The translations under genes and the position numbers were made by a program. Below are positions 1 to 9,393 of a stretch of 64,000 nucleotides of DNA, piece after piece. The DNA lies in the NCBI GenBank assembly GCA_018817505.1, contig JAHITR010000083.1, positions 52 to 64,051 of the forward strand, given 5' to 3'. Numbering within the stretch: position 1 is the first letter of the stretch; each line of letters begins with the position of its first letter. The DNA comes from Candidatus Bipolaricaulota bacterium. Lineage in GTDB: Bacteria; Bipolaricaulota; Bipolaricaulia; UBA7950; UBA9294. The notes below the pieces were generated by a model that searched no databases, had not been told where the DNA came from, and saw nothing but the letters and a program-made list of their open reading frames with translations.

Positions 1-197
1 ATGGGGGTTGACCATATCGGGCTCACTCCTCCCCACATGGGCGGGCGGCTTCTCGTATCGTGTCAGCTTGAGCTATGAATGGGGAGATACATACTTGCTC
101 CCCAATCGAACTGACAAACCAGAATCTGTGTGCACCGGAGGCGTGTGTTTTTAATCGACTGCCATTGAATTCGCGCTCGCTTTGATCCATAGGACTT

Positions 198-596
198 CTA
201 AAAACCTGTCGGAGCGAAGACGAGAACAAGCAGGTAGGCGAGGACAGCTACGCCAACTCCAATGGCTATCCAGGTCGAACCTCGTCGTCGTTTGGTCCGT
301 CGCATGAGAGCGCGGCGAAGGCCGTAGAACGTATGCAGGATGAAGGTCCCAATAATCGGCAGGATCAACAGATTGTGCATATCATAGGCCACTCGCCAGG
401 TGATGAGCCCACCCGTCGCTCGGAGGACGAAATCCGGCTTGGTCATTCCGTAACCGCTTGCAATAAACAAGAACAATAGGATGGCAGACAGCCAGGCAGC
501 ATATCGATCGATTGTGACAAACACTCGCTCCATTTTGATTTGCCCCTTGGCCAGAGTCTTTCTTCGATCCATTTTCGGCATTGCCTTATCAGTCAT
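198..596 (-). CDS. small 3-TM membrane protein (possible haem-binding partner of the upstream secreted protein)
   Basis: Three hydrophobic helices with a conserved-looking His in TM2. Start moved to ATG at 596, which is preceded by GGGAGGG 5 nt upstream and overlaps the upstream gene's stop as ATGACTGA. The ORF-caller N-terminus overlaps the neighbouring gene. Confidence 0.45.
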   Translation of the reverse strand: MTDKAMPKMDRRKTLAKGQIKMERVFVTIDRYAAWLSAILLFLFIASGYGMTKPDFVLRATGGLITWRVAYDMHNLLILPIIGTFILHTFYGLRRALMRRTKRRRGSTWIAIGVGVAVLAYLLVLVFAPTGF

Positions 597-1266
597 CGGA
601 CCCTCCCGGAGTGTCGTCTTCGTCGTGTCCTGTGTGGCTCGCATCCATCGCTTCCATCACGCCACCGGAGATGTAGTTGATGGTGATGACGTTGTACCAC
701 TTGCTGTGATACGAGATATAGTCGTCTGCCGTCGGATGGAACGAGATCATGGTCATCAGGCCCATGTTCATGAATGGGGCATCTGTAGGCTCGCCCGTAT
801 TCAGCGCTCGAGAGAATTCAATGATCGTGACCCCATTTATCTCACTGCCTGCGACCTCAATGAAGCTACGCTCACCGCCATGTTGGCGATCGTCGTAATG
901 CGGGAAGTGAGCATCTCCAGGCGCAACCTGGTCTGACAGAAACGTTTCTTGGATCTCGCCGTCCACATAGCCGATCACCGTGTCGCCATGGATTGTCCCG
1001 TTGTTCGGCATGAAGTTCAGGCCAACCCATCCCGTTCCTGGAGCTACCATACCGATATACATCACATCGCCGACTGCTTGCCAGTGCAGCACCATGCCAA
1101 TCAATTCATCGTGGTACATGTGTCCGTACTCGCCATCGCTAATCACGCCATCAACCTGCGGATTGAAGAGGCCGAGGGCAGCGTCACCGGCTGCGTTTTC
1201 ACCCAAGGCGGAGATAGCTACCAGGGAAAGAAGCATCAGGGCGAGTGGTATTGCATGCTTGAGCAT
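589..1266 (-). CDS. secreted protein with N-terminal signal peptide, possible DOMON-like/haem-binding domain
   Basis: Hydrophobic signal peptide MLKHAIPLALMLLSLVAISALG. His/Met-rich. Translationally coupled to the downstream 3-TM protein. Confidence 0.35.
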   Translation of the reverse strand: MLKHAIPLALMLLSLVAISALGENAAGDAALGLFNPQVDGVISDGEYGHMYHDELIGMVLHWQAVGDVMYIGMVAPGTGWVGLNFMPNNGTIHGDTVIGYVDGEIQETFLSDQVAPGDAHFPHYDDRQHGGERSFIEVAGSEINGVTIIEFSRALNTGEPTDAPFMNMGLMTMISFHPTADDYISYHSKWYNVITINYISGGVMEAMDASHTGHDEDDTPGGSDD

Positions 1267-1497
1267 CGATCCTCCTATTAAATGGACAATACCGTCATAT
1301 TAAGAAAATTGATTGATGGATTCGTGTGCATCGCATGTTCAGGACGTGAGGGTGAGCGCGGGCAACACTCCTTCGGGTGTGAGTGAGTTGTTGCTTGTCT
1401 AGCTCCGCTCTGCTTTTGTATGCTGAGCAGCAAAGGTCCGGGCTGGCGTATCAACTCCCAGCCTGATCATCACCGTTGTATGCAAATAGGGAGAACT

Positions 1498-1989
1498 ATG
1501 AGCGGAATCATTGTCTACAGAAGCAGCTACGGCAGCACGAAGCAGTACGCAGATTGGATCCACGAAGAGACGGGCTTTCCGATGTTCGACAGCCGCGACA
1601 AGGCCATCCCATGGGATGCAGATACGGTTGTCATTGGATGTCCCGTTCTGGCGAACAAGCCGTTTCTCGTGAGCTGGATGCAAAAGAACTGGGACAAGAT
1701 GAGCGGCAAGCGGATTGTGTTGTTCACAACTTCGGGTGCCGATCCAGCCTCTGAGCCAGTCAAGGATTGGATTGATAAGGCGCTGCCTGAGAGCATGAAG
1801 GGCAAGGTGAAAGTCTTCCCCCTCGCCGGGCGGTTCAACTTCGCGGAGCTAAACGGCATGCACAAGCTAATGATGCGAATCGGGGCTGTGGTGCTGCGAA
1901 GCGAAGAGATCAAGAATCAGATCAAGCATCCGGTCGATGGCGTAGCGAGAAAGAGTCTGGCAGAACTGCTCGCGTTCGTGAAGTCGTAG
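1498..1989 (+). CDS. flavodoxin-like fold protein
   Basis: N-terminus MSGIIVYRSSYGSTKQYADWI is typical of flavodoxin domain proteins. AGGGAG SD upstream of ATG 1498. The ORF-caller start is an upstream in-frame Met. Confidence 0.55.
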   Translation: MSGIIVYRSSYGSTKQYADWIHEETGFPMFDSRDKAIPWDADTVVIGCPVLANKPFLVSWMQKNWDKMSGKRIVLFTTSGADPASEPVKDWIDKALPESMKGKVKVFPLAGRFNFAELNGMHKLMMRIGAVVLRSEEIKNQIKHPVDGVARKSLAELLAFVKS

Positions 1990-2077
1990 CGCAGAGCAAC
2001 TCAGCCGCGACAGACGATCAGAGGGAACGACTCGAACCCCGCTATCTCATCTCTGATTGCGGGGCACGCATCGTCTG

Positions 2078-2680
2078 CTACGACGTCAGCTTCTGCCCCA
2101 GTTTGTGAGCCTGCTCAAGATATCGATCAATGCCCACTTTCTCGACACCGCCGGCATACAGTGTGCCAATGAGCTTGGCGTTGAGTGAGTCGCCAATGGT
2201 GGACTTGATAAGGCTAGTGGCGTCGTCACAGAACACACGCAGAGCCGGTACGATGATGCCGCTGCTGAGGATGGCAATCGCCTGCCTCTTCACGGGGCTC
2301 CGAGGCTCTGGACATCCCTTCACGGGCCAACGACCTGCCTTGGCCATGGTCCAGCAAATGCGCTCCAAGAAGGTCTTGGTCACGGCATTGACGGTTCCCT
2401 CGAAGATGGGCACACCGAAGACGTAAGCATCCGCATCAGCCATCGTCGGGAGAATCTCCTGCATATCATCTTGGATAGCACAGTGGGCGATAGGCTTGAC
2501 TGGATCGTCCTTTCGGCAGACGCCACAGTTGCGGCAATACTGAATATCGCGATCGACGAGTGTGATTTTCTCAATCTGGGCATTGGGGGCCACGCTCTTG
2601 ACGCCTTCGATCGCACGATCGACGAGTGTGTCGATCGTGCGTGCTTTGCGATAGCTGCCCATGATTGCGACGATCTTCAC
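2078..2680 (-). CDS. isf: iron-sulfur flavoprotein / NADPH-dependent FMN reductase family
   Basis: Flavodoxin-like N-terminus MKIVAIMGSYRK plus compact Cys cluster YCRNCGVCR, characteristic of Isf-type FMN reductases. Confidence 0.6.
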   Translation of the reverse strand: MKIVAIMGSYRKARTIDTLVDRAIEGVKSVAPNAQIEKITLVDRDIQYCRNCGVCRKDDPVKPIAHCAIQDDMQEILPTMADADAYVFGVPIFEGTVNAVTKTFLERICWTMAKAGRWPVKGCPEPRSPVKRQAIAILSSGIIVPALRVFCDDATSLIKSTIGDSLNAKLIGTLYAGGVEKVGIDRYLEQAHKLGQKLTS

Positions 2681-3519
2681 GTTGCCTCCTGGTGCTCGCC
2701 CGTGAGCCGGGATCGCGTTAAACGCTTGGCCCCAAATACCAGAATGACACTGATGGATGCCAACGCAAGTGTCCCTACGGTGAGTAGGTCGCCCCTCATC
2801 TCGGCTGCCGCGTTGGCATTGGGCAGCGCAAAGATGATGAATCCGCCGGTGATACTGACATGGGTCAACACCATCATCAGCATGCTGTGCTTGGCGCTGT
2901 TATGGATCCACACCATAGGGATCGTTTGCACGATGGGAAGTAGCGCTAACACGAGCAAGATGGGCACTGCATCCCATCCATACTTGGATAAGCCCATATA
3001 GTTAATGGGCGCATGCCAGAGCGCCCACACCACGCCGAGCAGGATGGCAGAGCTCAGCGCGTTGTGCTTCCTGAGCAGCTTGGGAAGCATGAATCCTCGC
3101 CAGCCGAACTCTTCCATCACTCCTGCCAAGAGCGCGATCGGAAGGGCGAAGGCAAGCTGCCCCAGGATGTCGAGTTGTGAGAGATCCGCACCGAACAGGC
3201 CACGAACGAGGACGCTCACACCGATGATCGCAGGGATGAAGAACAGCGAGACAAGATACCAGATTGGATTCACTCGCCATCGCACAGCTCGAGAAAGCAG
3301 CTCTCGTACGCCTGCCTTGCCATCGACAAAGCGCGTAAAGATGAATCCGAACACACTCGGACTGGCCACGAAGAACACGAGCGCCACATGCACGAACTGG
3401 GGTCCCGCAATCGGATCGACAGGGACAATGGCGATGATCACCGTCATGAGAACCCAGGTCCAAAGGACAATAAAGATTGCGAAACTCAATCCAGGACGCT
3501 TCCTGATCAACGCTTTCAT
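2677..3519 (-). CDS. CPBP family intramembrane metalloprotease (CAAX protease/Abi-like)
   Basis: Motifs EEFGWRGF and WALWH (CPBP motifs 1 and 2) and multiple TM helices. Start at ATG 3519 with GGGGGAG SD. 4-nt overlap with isf. Confidence 0.7.
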   Translation of the reverse strand: MKALIRKRPGLSFAIFIVLWTWVLMTVIIAIVPVDPIAGPQFVHVALVFFVASPSVFGFIFTRFVDGKAGVRELLSRAVRWRVNPIWYLVSLFFIPAIIGVSVLVRGLFGADLSQLDILGQLAFALPIALLAGVMEEFGWRGFMLPKLLRKHNALSSAILLGVVWALWHAPINYMGLSKYGWDAVPILLVLALLPIVQTIPMVWIHNSAKHSMLMMVLTHVSITGGFIIFALPNANAAAEMRGDLLTVGTLALASISVILVFGAKRLTRSRLTGEHQEAT

Positions 3520-3719
3520 GCTGCTCCCCCTTCGCCTTCCTTCCCCGACCATACCATGAGAATATCGCTCCTGCCAATCTGGCGACGACCGATTCATGGC
3601 CTTGCGCCGGCTCTGCCTCACGACCAACACAAACGATCGAATCTGTGGGAGGAGACGAGCCGTGCCCACCGTGATTGTCTCTATCTGTGGAATGGGCTAG
3701 TGTGTCGTCGAGGTGAATC

Positions 3720-4784
3720 ATGGCGCGATTCTTTCACAAGAGTTCGGAGAAGGCAGGACAGCTGCCCGGTACGCCCGTCTACGTCGGGAGATCCAAGTCT
3801 GAGGCCGTGGCTATCGAGACATACGAGTTCGATGGCGAGGCCTTGGATTGTGCTGAGGCCGTGTCATTGGACGACGTACAAGCTCCGCAGGATTCCGACA
3901 AGACGTTGTGGGTCAACGTCGATGGCGTTCACGACGTCGATCTCGTGCAAGAGATGGGTACCCGTTTTGGATTGCATCCATTGGCCATAGAAGACATCGC
4001 CCACACAGGACAACGGCCGAAAGTAGAGGATTATGGAAGTCATGCGCTTCTCGTACTTCGCATGCTTCGATGGAACGAGTCAGACGACCAGATTGACGAC
4101 GAGCAGGTTAGCCTCGCCATAGGATCTTCGTGGGTCTTGTCGTTTCAGGAGCGCAAAGGCGATGTCTTTGATCCGATTCGTGATCGACTCAAGACGAATC
4201 GAGGACGCATTCGCAAGATGGGCGCAGATTACCTGTTGTATGCACTGGTAGATGCCATTGTCGACCATTACTTCGTGATCCTAGAGACATTGGGAGACCG
4301 GATTGAGGTGCTGGGCGAGCATATGGCAGAGGATCCGAACAAGAAGGACCTGACATCCATTCGCCATCTCAAACGAGAGCTGCTGTTCATGCGAAAGTCG
4401 GTATGGCCACTGCGCGAAGTGCTCAGTTCGTTGCAGCGGGATGGCGCAGTTTCGATTCACGAGGAGACGGCTCCCTATTTTCGCGACGTCTATGATCACA
4501 CCATTCAAATCATCGACACCGTAGAGACGTTCCGCGATATGGTTTCGGGGCTGATGGACCTCTATCTCTCCAGCATCAGCAATCGAATGAACGAAGTCAT
4601 GAAGGTGCTGACGATCATCGCCACCATCTTCATCCCGCTGTCGTTCGTGGCCGGACTCTATGGCATGAATTTTGACTGGATGCCCGAGCTGCACTGGCGT
4701 TACGGGTACTTCTGGGCGCTGGGGCTGATGACGTCGATCGGTGGCGGGATGCTTGTCTATTTCAGACGCCGCCATTGGTTTTAA
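3720..4784 (+). CDS. corA: magnesium/cobalt transporter CorA
   Basis: C-terminal two TM helices with YGMNFD (GMN motif). About 350 aa. Confidence 0.85.
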   Translation: MARFFHKSSEKAGQLPGTPVYVGRSKSEAVAIETYEFDGEALDCAEAVSLDDVQAPQDSDKTLWVNVDGVHDVDLVQEMGTRFGLHPLAIEDIAHTGQRPKVEDYGSHALLVLRMLRWNESDDQIDDEQVSLAIGSSWVLSFQERKGDVFDPIRDRLKTNRGRIRKMGADYLLYALVDAIVDHYFVILETLGDRIEVLGEHMAEDPNKKDLTSIRHLKRELLFMRKSVWPLREVLSSLQRDGAVSIHEETAPYFRDVYDHTIQIIDTVETFRDMVSGLMDLYLSSISNRMNEVMKVLTIIATIFIPLSFVAGLYGMNFDWMPELHWRYGYFWALGLMTSIGGGMLVYFRRRHWF

Positions 4785-4853
4785 ATGCGCGCGAGGGCTG
4801 GTGTTTTCAGTCAACCATGAAGCATTCTCACTCTCGTGCCCTGCCAGTCCCTG

Positions 4854-5507
4854 TCACTCCCACTCCACTTCAGTGACACCTTCGAGGTTGGAGAGGCTAT
4901 CGACTACGCTCATCGCATCAATGGCAACTCGCGTTCGTAGGCGAAAGGTGACTCGAGTCGTGCGATCCTCACTCCTGGTCATGAGCGAATGTCCGACCAC
5001 GCGAAAGCCTGCATTCGATAGGACCTCGTGACTCCTCTTCTCCGATACGGCCGTGCTGTTACCTTGTGTCCATACCACAGCCGTGTAGTAGCTCACACTC
5101 GGCAATTTCCGCACAACTCTCGCAAGCAGCGTCAACACAGCGACTGACAGTCCAGAGCTAGCGGCCGCAAGCACAAACAGGCCCTGCCCGACAAGAATTC
5201 CAATCGTCGCGGCAAACCAAATGCAAGCAGCCGTCGTGAGGCCGCGCACGACGTCATGAGATTTGACGATGACCCCCGCCCCCAGGAAGCCCACTCCGGT
5301 CACAATTCCGGCAACGGCCCGCCCGGGATCAACACTTCCGGTAAACGATTCGCCGACCATCATGACCAACGTGGCTCCCATGCACACGAGGATATGCGTC
5401 CTGAGACCTGCAGGACGTCCATGCATCTGTCTTTCCAAGCCGATCAGTCCGCCCAACAGGATCGACACAAGCAGCTTCCCAAGAGAAGCAAATTCCAATT
5501 CAAACAC
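4854..5507 (-). CDS. mgtC: MgtC/SapB family membrane protein
   Basis: LEFASLGKLLVSILLGGLIGLERQ N-terminal signature. GTG start at 5507 preceded by AAGGAGG with a 6-nt spacer. The ORF-caller's upstream ATG extension is unsupported. Confidence 0.8.
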   Translation of the reverse strand: MFELEFASLGKLLVSILLGGLIGLERQMHGRPAGLRTHILVCMGATLVMMVGESFTGSVDPGRAVAGIVTGVGFLGAGVIVKSHDVVRGLTTAACIWFAATIGILVGQGLFVLAAASSGLSVAVLTLLARVVRKLPSVSYYTAVVWTQGNSTAVSEKRSHEVLSNAGFRVVGHSLMTRSEDRTTRVTFRLRTRVAIDAMSVVDSLSNLEGVTEVEWE

Positions 5508-5559
5508 GAGGTTCCTCCTTAGCCACAGCACGTGTTGCCAAACGAAAACGTAGCCAACC

Positions 5560-6870
5560 CTACTGCCCTTCGCCTGGGATGATTGCGGCTGGCAATTCGC
5601 AATCATTCGTTGTCCGAAGCGTGGCAATGCCGATCGCTGCGGCTACAAGAAAGACGACAGATACGAGTAGTGAAACGTGATAGCCGACCCCCCGGGAGAG
5701 CGCCCCGGCGCAGATTCCGGCAGCGGATGTACTGATACCCGCGACAGCAGTATAGCTTCCCAATGCCAATCCGCGGTTTTCAGGCTTCGCAAATCGAGCC
5801 GCCAACGCAACGCCGCTCAATTGAAAAACGGCCCACGTGGCTCCGACAAGCATCATAAATGGAAGCACAGCCCACCAGGCAATGTGAACACCCGACCCTA
5901 GAGCGACAGCAGCGCCAATGAACAGGGATGACCGAATCAGCAGCGCCCCAACGTGCGCTCGCTCCCCGCCACGGCTTCTCACTCGCTGGATTGCGAACGG
6001 ATACGTGATCACGATGCCTCCGTGAAGAGCCACATAGCAGAAAAAAACCAGGGAGGCAGAGAACTCAAGCTGTTGCGATAGAACGAAAGGCAGGGGGACA
6101 GCAAAGAACGCGATTCCAGTGAACGCGAAGAACGTGCTCAGCAAGAACACGCGAACTCGTCTGCTAAGGGATTTCAGACGGCTTGGAGAAAGCCGGTGGT
6201 ACAAGTGAAGCGGACTGAACTTCCACGCTTCGGGAAGCAGATTCCCTTCAGCAATGGCAATTCCACGGAAACGCCGTCGAGTGAACGTTGCCGCGACGGG
6301 AGTGATCGTTGCCGCGGCAATTCCAGAAGCTACAAACGCAATCAAGGCGAGCAAGCCGAGCAACAGGCTGATTCCCGTTGGAATTGAGGTTCGTGCAAGA
6401 GTCCATCCGATAATCGTGCCCCCGAGAATCAAGCCTGACAGCCATCCAAATGCCCCGGACTGATTCAGCGAACCAATGCGCGACTCCCACAGAGTTTCAT
6501 CTGCCCCCTCAATGACAAGCAATACGGCCACAGAAGCATTGGCAACCCAGAAAAAGCTCAGTGCCGCGTTGTAGACCAGCAGGCCCGCAAAGGACCGCGT
6601 CAACGCGAGTCCAACATGAGCGAACCCAACCATCACATAACTCGCGATCACGAAGATCTTCCGCCGATGGGCAGCGTCAGAAAGACGTCCCCAGATGAGA
6701 CTGCCAACCACTGCAGCCAAACTTCCCAGTGTGGCGGCCAGGCCAAGCTGCTGCGCATCAAGATGAAATCCCAGACTGATCCTCAGTGGAATCAGCACAG
6801 AAGACATCCCCATGACGAGGTTCGCCAGAATCAGCGACACGTACCACCGTTGGAATCCCAGAAGCCGCAT
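5560..6870 (-). CDS. MFS transporter
   Basis: 12 predicted TM helices with MFS-like loop motifs. Upstream of mgtC, likely co-transcribed. Confidence 0.7.
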   Translation of the reverse strand: MRLLGFQRWYVSLILANLVMGMSSVLIPLRISLGFHLDAQQLGLAATLGSLAAVVGSLIWGRLSDAAHRRKIFVIASYVMVGFAHVGLALTRSFAGLLVYNAALSFFWVANASVAVLLVIEGADETLWESRIGSLNQSGAFGWLSGLILGGTIIGWTLARTSIPTGISLLLGLLALIAFVASGIAAATITPVAATFTRRRFRGIAIAEGNLLPEAWKFSPLHLYHRLSPSRLKSLSRRVRVFLLSTFFAFTGIAFFAVPLPFVLSQQLEFSASLVFFCYVALHGGIVITYPFAIQRVRSRGGERAHVGALLIRSSLFIGAAVALGSGVHIAWWAVLPFMMLVGATWAVFQLSGVALAARFAKPENRGLALGSYTAVAGISTSAAGICAGALSRGVGYHVSLLVSVVFLVAAAIGIATLRTTNDCELPAAIIPGEGQ

Positions 6871-7090
6871 GCACATCACAGTCCATTCGTGTCAGATGTC
6901 AAGCTCTCGCGAACACAATAGGCAACTCAAGCAAGTCGAGCAAGCTCTCTCTCATAGCAGGAAAGCTAGCCCTTGGTATTGTACGGATTTCTTCAGTCAT
7001 CTTGGGATTCAGGCAGAGGATGCTTGATCAGTTTCCGATGACTATTGATAACCAAAGATGTGGCGGCATGGGCATGCTGCAAACGGGGGC

Positions 7091-7126
7091 CAAAAAAACA
7101 AGCGACCGCTCTGCAGGGCGGTCGCT
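7091..7126 (-). terminator. rho-independent terminator (10-11 bp GC stem AGCGACCGCC/GGCGGTCGCT followed by a T7 tract on the minus strand)
   Basis: Perfect stem at 7101-7126 with a 4-6 nt loop. The minus-strand run TGTTTTTTTG lies at 7100-7091. The plus strand also has TGATTTTTCC after the stem, so it may be bidirectional. Confidence 0.8.
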
Positions 7127-7143
7127 GTGATTTTTCCATGGTG

Positions 7144-7197
7144 TTACTTCTTGGTGGGCTTGCTGGGGCCCTTGGTTACGTTCTTCTTGGTCGTCAT
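7144..7197 (-). CDS. 17-aa Lys/Thr-rich micro-ORF (MTTKKNVTKGPSKPTKK)
   Basis: ATG preceded by GGAGGTG (8-nt spacer). TAA stop immediately followed by an intrinsic terminator. Co-oriented 46 nt downstream of the Zn-ribbon gene. Confidence 0.45.
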   Translation of the reverse strand: MTTKKNVTKGPSKPTKK

Positions 7198-7243
7198 GTG
7201 AGCCACCTCCTTCCCTTGGTTAGGACAGGATGTAATGCGTATA

Positions 7244-7474
7244 TTAATTAAGCCGTCTGGCAAAATTCGCTCCAAAGCCCGAAGTTTCTTCGATATCCTT
7301 CTCACTCCTAGGATCCAATCTCTCCAGGTACTGGTTCTGTCGGCCATGCCCTATCAGCCACTCGCCACAACTTGGGCACACTCCAAGATCATCCCTCTCA
7401 GGACGAAAACGTATGGCCGTCTTACATGATGGGCAGACCGTCCTTCGATTCGTCCCAGGTCGCGTCTTGTTCAT
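7244..7474 (-). CDS. zinc-ribbon domain protein (CPSC-x16-CPSCG)
   Basis: Two CPxC knuckles spaced about 17 aa apart (FmdB-like zinc-ribbon geometry). AAGGAG SD. Lower GC than surroundings. Confidence 0.5.
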   Translation of the reverse strand: MNKTRPGTNRRTVCPSCKTAIRFRPERDDLGVCPSCGEWLIGHGRQNQYLERLDPRSEKDIEETSGFGANFARRLN

Positions 7475-7489
7475 CATTCACTCCTTTGC

Positions 7490-7560
7490 CTAACTTGTCA
7501 ATTTCCTAATTGACTAATTTGACAAGCAGCATTATACTTCAATCATTCCCCTTGTCAAGA
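7490..7560 (+). promoter_or_regulatory. divergent promoter/operator: TTGACT(7510-7515)-N17-TATACT(7533-7538) for the ArsR gene; TTGTCAA/TTGACAA half-sites at 7495-7501, 7519-7525 and 7552-7558
   Basis: Near-consensus sigma70 -35/-10 with 17-nt spacing. The perfect 7-bp inverted repeat overlaps the -35, and a third copy lies downstream of the -10. Confidence 0.6.
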
Positions 7561-7577
7561 GGGTCCCTCAAAAGGAG

Positions 7578-7868
7578 ATGGACATGCCAATCAAGACTCA
7601 CTCGGGCTTCTTCAAACTGCTGTCTTCACGAACAAGAATCAGGATTCTAAGGCTTCTTCTGGAGAACGATGATCTGACGGTCGACAACTTGGCATCGCGT
7701 TTGGAAGTCAGCGTCCCCACGATTTCACGTCATCTACAGCTCTTGCGTATTCAGGATCTTGTCACCTACAAGCAGGACGCGCAGATCCGCTATTACCATG
7801 TGAACAAGGAAGAGATCATTCGGGGGATCGGCTCGTTCCTCGATGATTTGGGTATCACCCTAACCTAA
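7578..7868 (+). CDS. ArsR/SmtB family transcriptional regulator (no obvious metal-binding Cys/His sites)
   Basis: Winged-HTH LASRLEVSVPTISRHLQLLRIQDLV typical of the ArsR family. AAGGAG SD. Confidence 0.75.
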   Translation: MDMPIKTHSGFFKLLSSRTRIRILRLLLENDDLTVDNLASRLEVSVPTISRHLQLLRIQDLVTYKQDAQIRYYHVNKEEIIRGIGSFLDDLGITLT

Positions 7869-7953
7869 TGGCGGGGCCGGGTTCCCTACGAAGGACATCG
7901 TCAGGGCGTTGACCTGCTGTTACACACAATCGTTTATGCAACGCGACGTCTTT

Positions 7954-9393
7954 TCACTCGGCTTTGTGTTCTCCAAGCCGAAACAGCTTCCCGGGATTGA
8001 GAATGCCATGCGGATCAAGCGCATCTTTTATCGCCTTCATGACGCGCAATTCGTCGCGTTTGGATTGCGCGAGAATGTCATTCTTCAGAAAGCCTACGCC
8101 ATGCTCCCCGCTGACTGCCCCCCCAAGTTCGACCGCCTTGAGCGCGATTTCGGTAAGTAGTTGCCTGCGCTGGACCTCCCACTGCGCATCCGTTCGATCG
8201 TTTGGTTTGAGTGGATGGGGATGGATGTTGCCGTCAGCTACGTGGCCAGCGCATGGAATCTCTGCTCGATACTTCTGGGCCATGCCGCGGATGAATCGCA
8301 TCATGGTCGGAATCTCAGTGGATGGGACAACAAAGTCCCCGCCTTCGACGGTCGGGTCAATCACGCGAAGGGCTTCCAAGCAATTGCGTCGTATTGACCA
8401 GATCTTCTCTGAAGCCCATGGATTGTCTGCCACAAAGACTTCGAGTGCACCGGCTTCCATGCACGCTTCACCCACAGGGCGGTAGGTGTCAAGCAGTGAC
8501 TCCTTGCCGGCTGCCTCGACTTGAATGATCAGGTAGGCCTCTGCGTCGTCAACTTGACTGACAACATTTCCTGTGTACGCCATGGCGTGTCGCAGGGACG
8601 CACCATCCATGAATTCGATGGCCACGGGCATACTTTGAGATGCCATGATGGCTCGTGGGACAGCAGCCACTGCGTCCTCAGTTGTGGCAAAGGGCACAAG
8701 CAGATCAGCCGTCGGTCCAGGTTGCGGGATCAGTCGAAGGAAAATCTTGGTGATGAGGCCCAATGTGCCTTCAGATCCGACCATCAATCGAAGCAAACTA
8801 TATCCGCTGGAATCCTTGCGGCGCTTGCCGCCCAGTTGCAGAACCTCACCTGATGCCAGCACGACCTCAAGTCCGAGCACATGGGCATCCGTCGCACCGT
8901 ACTTGATCACCTTGGCTCCGCCTGCGTTGCAGGCCACATTCCCGCCGATGAAGCTCGATTGAACACTCATCGGATATCCAGCGTAGAACAAGCCATCCTC
9001 GGCCACGCGGAGACAAAGGTCGTTGGTGACCACCCCTGGTTCAACCACAGCCACCATATTCTCTGTGTCGATCTCAAGGATCGCGGACATCTTCTCAAAC
9101 GACAAAACCACACCCCCAAACAGGGGGATGGCCCCCCCCGCCAGTCCACTGCCTGCCCCCCTCGGAGTCAGCGGGATGTGCCGACGATTGCAGTACTCGG
9201 CGAGGCGACTGATCTGATCCGTGTTCTGTGGCTTGACGACGATGTCAGGTTTGGCTGAGTGTCCCGACCCTGATTCATCCCTGCTATAGGGGGCCAGTCG
9301 ATCCGCATCATCGAATAGAATGTTGTTCTCGCCCACAATGCGAGCCAGCGTCATCATGTCTTCGCGGGTCACGGAACTGAATCGATCAACCAC
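7954..9393 (-). CDS. FAD-linked oxidase (GlcD/D-lactate dehydrogenase family), LctD-like
   Basis: PCMH-type FAD-binding domain with RGAGSGLAGG. Start placed at GTG about 9393 (AGGAGG SD) or ATG 9357. The ORF-caller N-terminus overlaps etfA by 240 nt. Confidence 0.7.
   Translation of the reverse strand: MVDRFSSVTREDMMTLARIVGENNILFDDADRLAPYSRDESGSGHSAKPDIVVKPQNTDQISRLAEYCNRRHIPLTPRGAGSGLAGGAIPLFGGVVLSFEKMSAILEIDTENMVAVVEPGVVTNDLCLRVAEDGLFYAGYPMSVQSSFIGGNVACNAGGAKVIKYGATDAHVLGLEVVLASGEVLQLGGKRRKDSSGYSLLRLMVGSEGTLGLITKIFLRLIPQPGPTADLLVPFATTEDAVAAVPRAIMASQSMPVAIEFMDGASLRHAMAYTGNVVSQVDDAEAYLIIQVEAAGKESLLDTYRPVGEACMEAGALEVFVADNPWASEKIWSIRRNCLEALRVIDPTVEGGDFVVPSTEIPTMMRFIRGMAQKYRAEIPCAGHVADGNIHPHPLKPNDRTDAQWEVQRRQLLTEIALKAVELGGAVSGEHGVGFLKNDILAQSKRDELRVMKAIKDALDPHGILNPGKLFRLGEHKAE

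Noticed and set aside
3002-3721. 239-aa minus-strand ORF and 184-aa plus-strand ORF (3005-3559) overlapping the CPBP protease gene
   Set aside because: Arg/Cys-rich and low-complexity, as expected for out-of-frame or antisense translation of GC-rich coding DNA. The overlapping frame carries clear CPBP motifs.
7045-7251. 68-aa plus-strand ORF over the micro-ORF locus
   Set aside because: It is antisense to the SD-driven micro-ORF and spans the terminator hairpin. It has no SD and is a hydrophobic translation artefact.
7501-7510. 10-nt motif ATTTCCTAAT shared between the ArsR promoter region and the 60221-60436 AT-rich region
   Set aside because: A single 10-mer match between two AT-rich segments in a 64-kb window is within chance expectation. 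The flanks do not extend the similarity.
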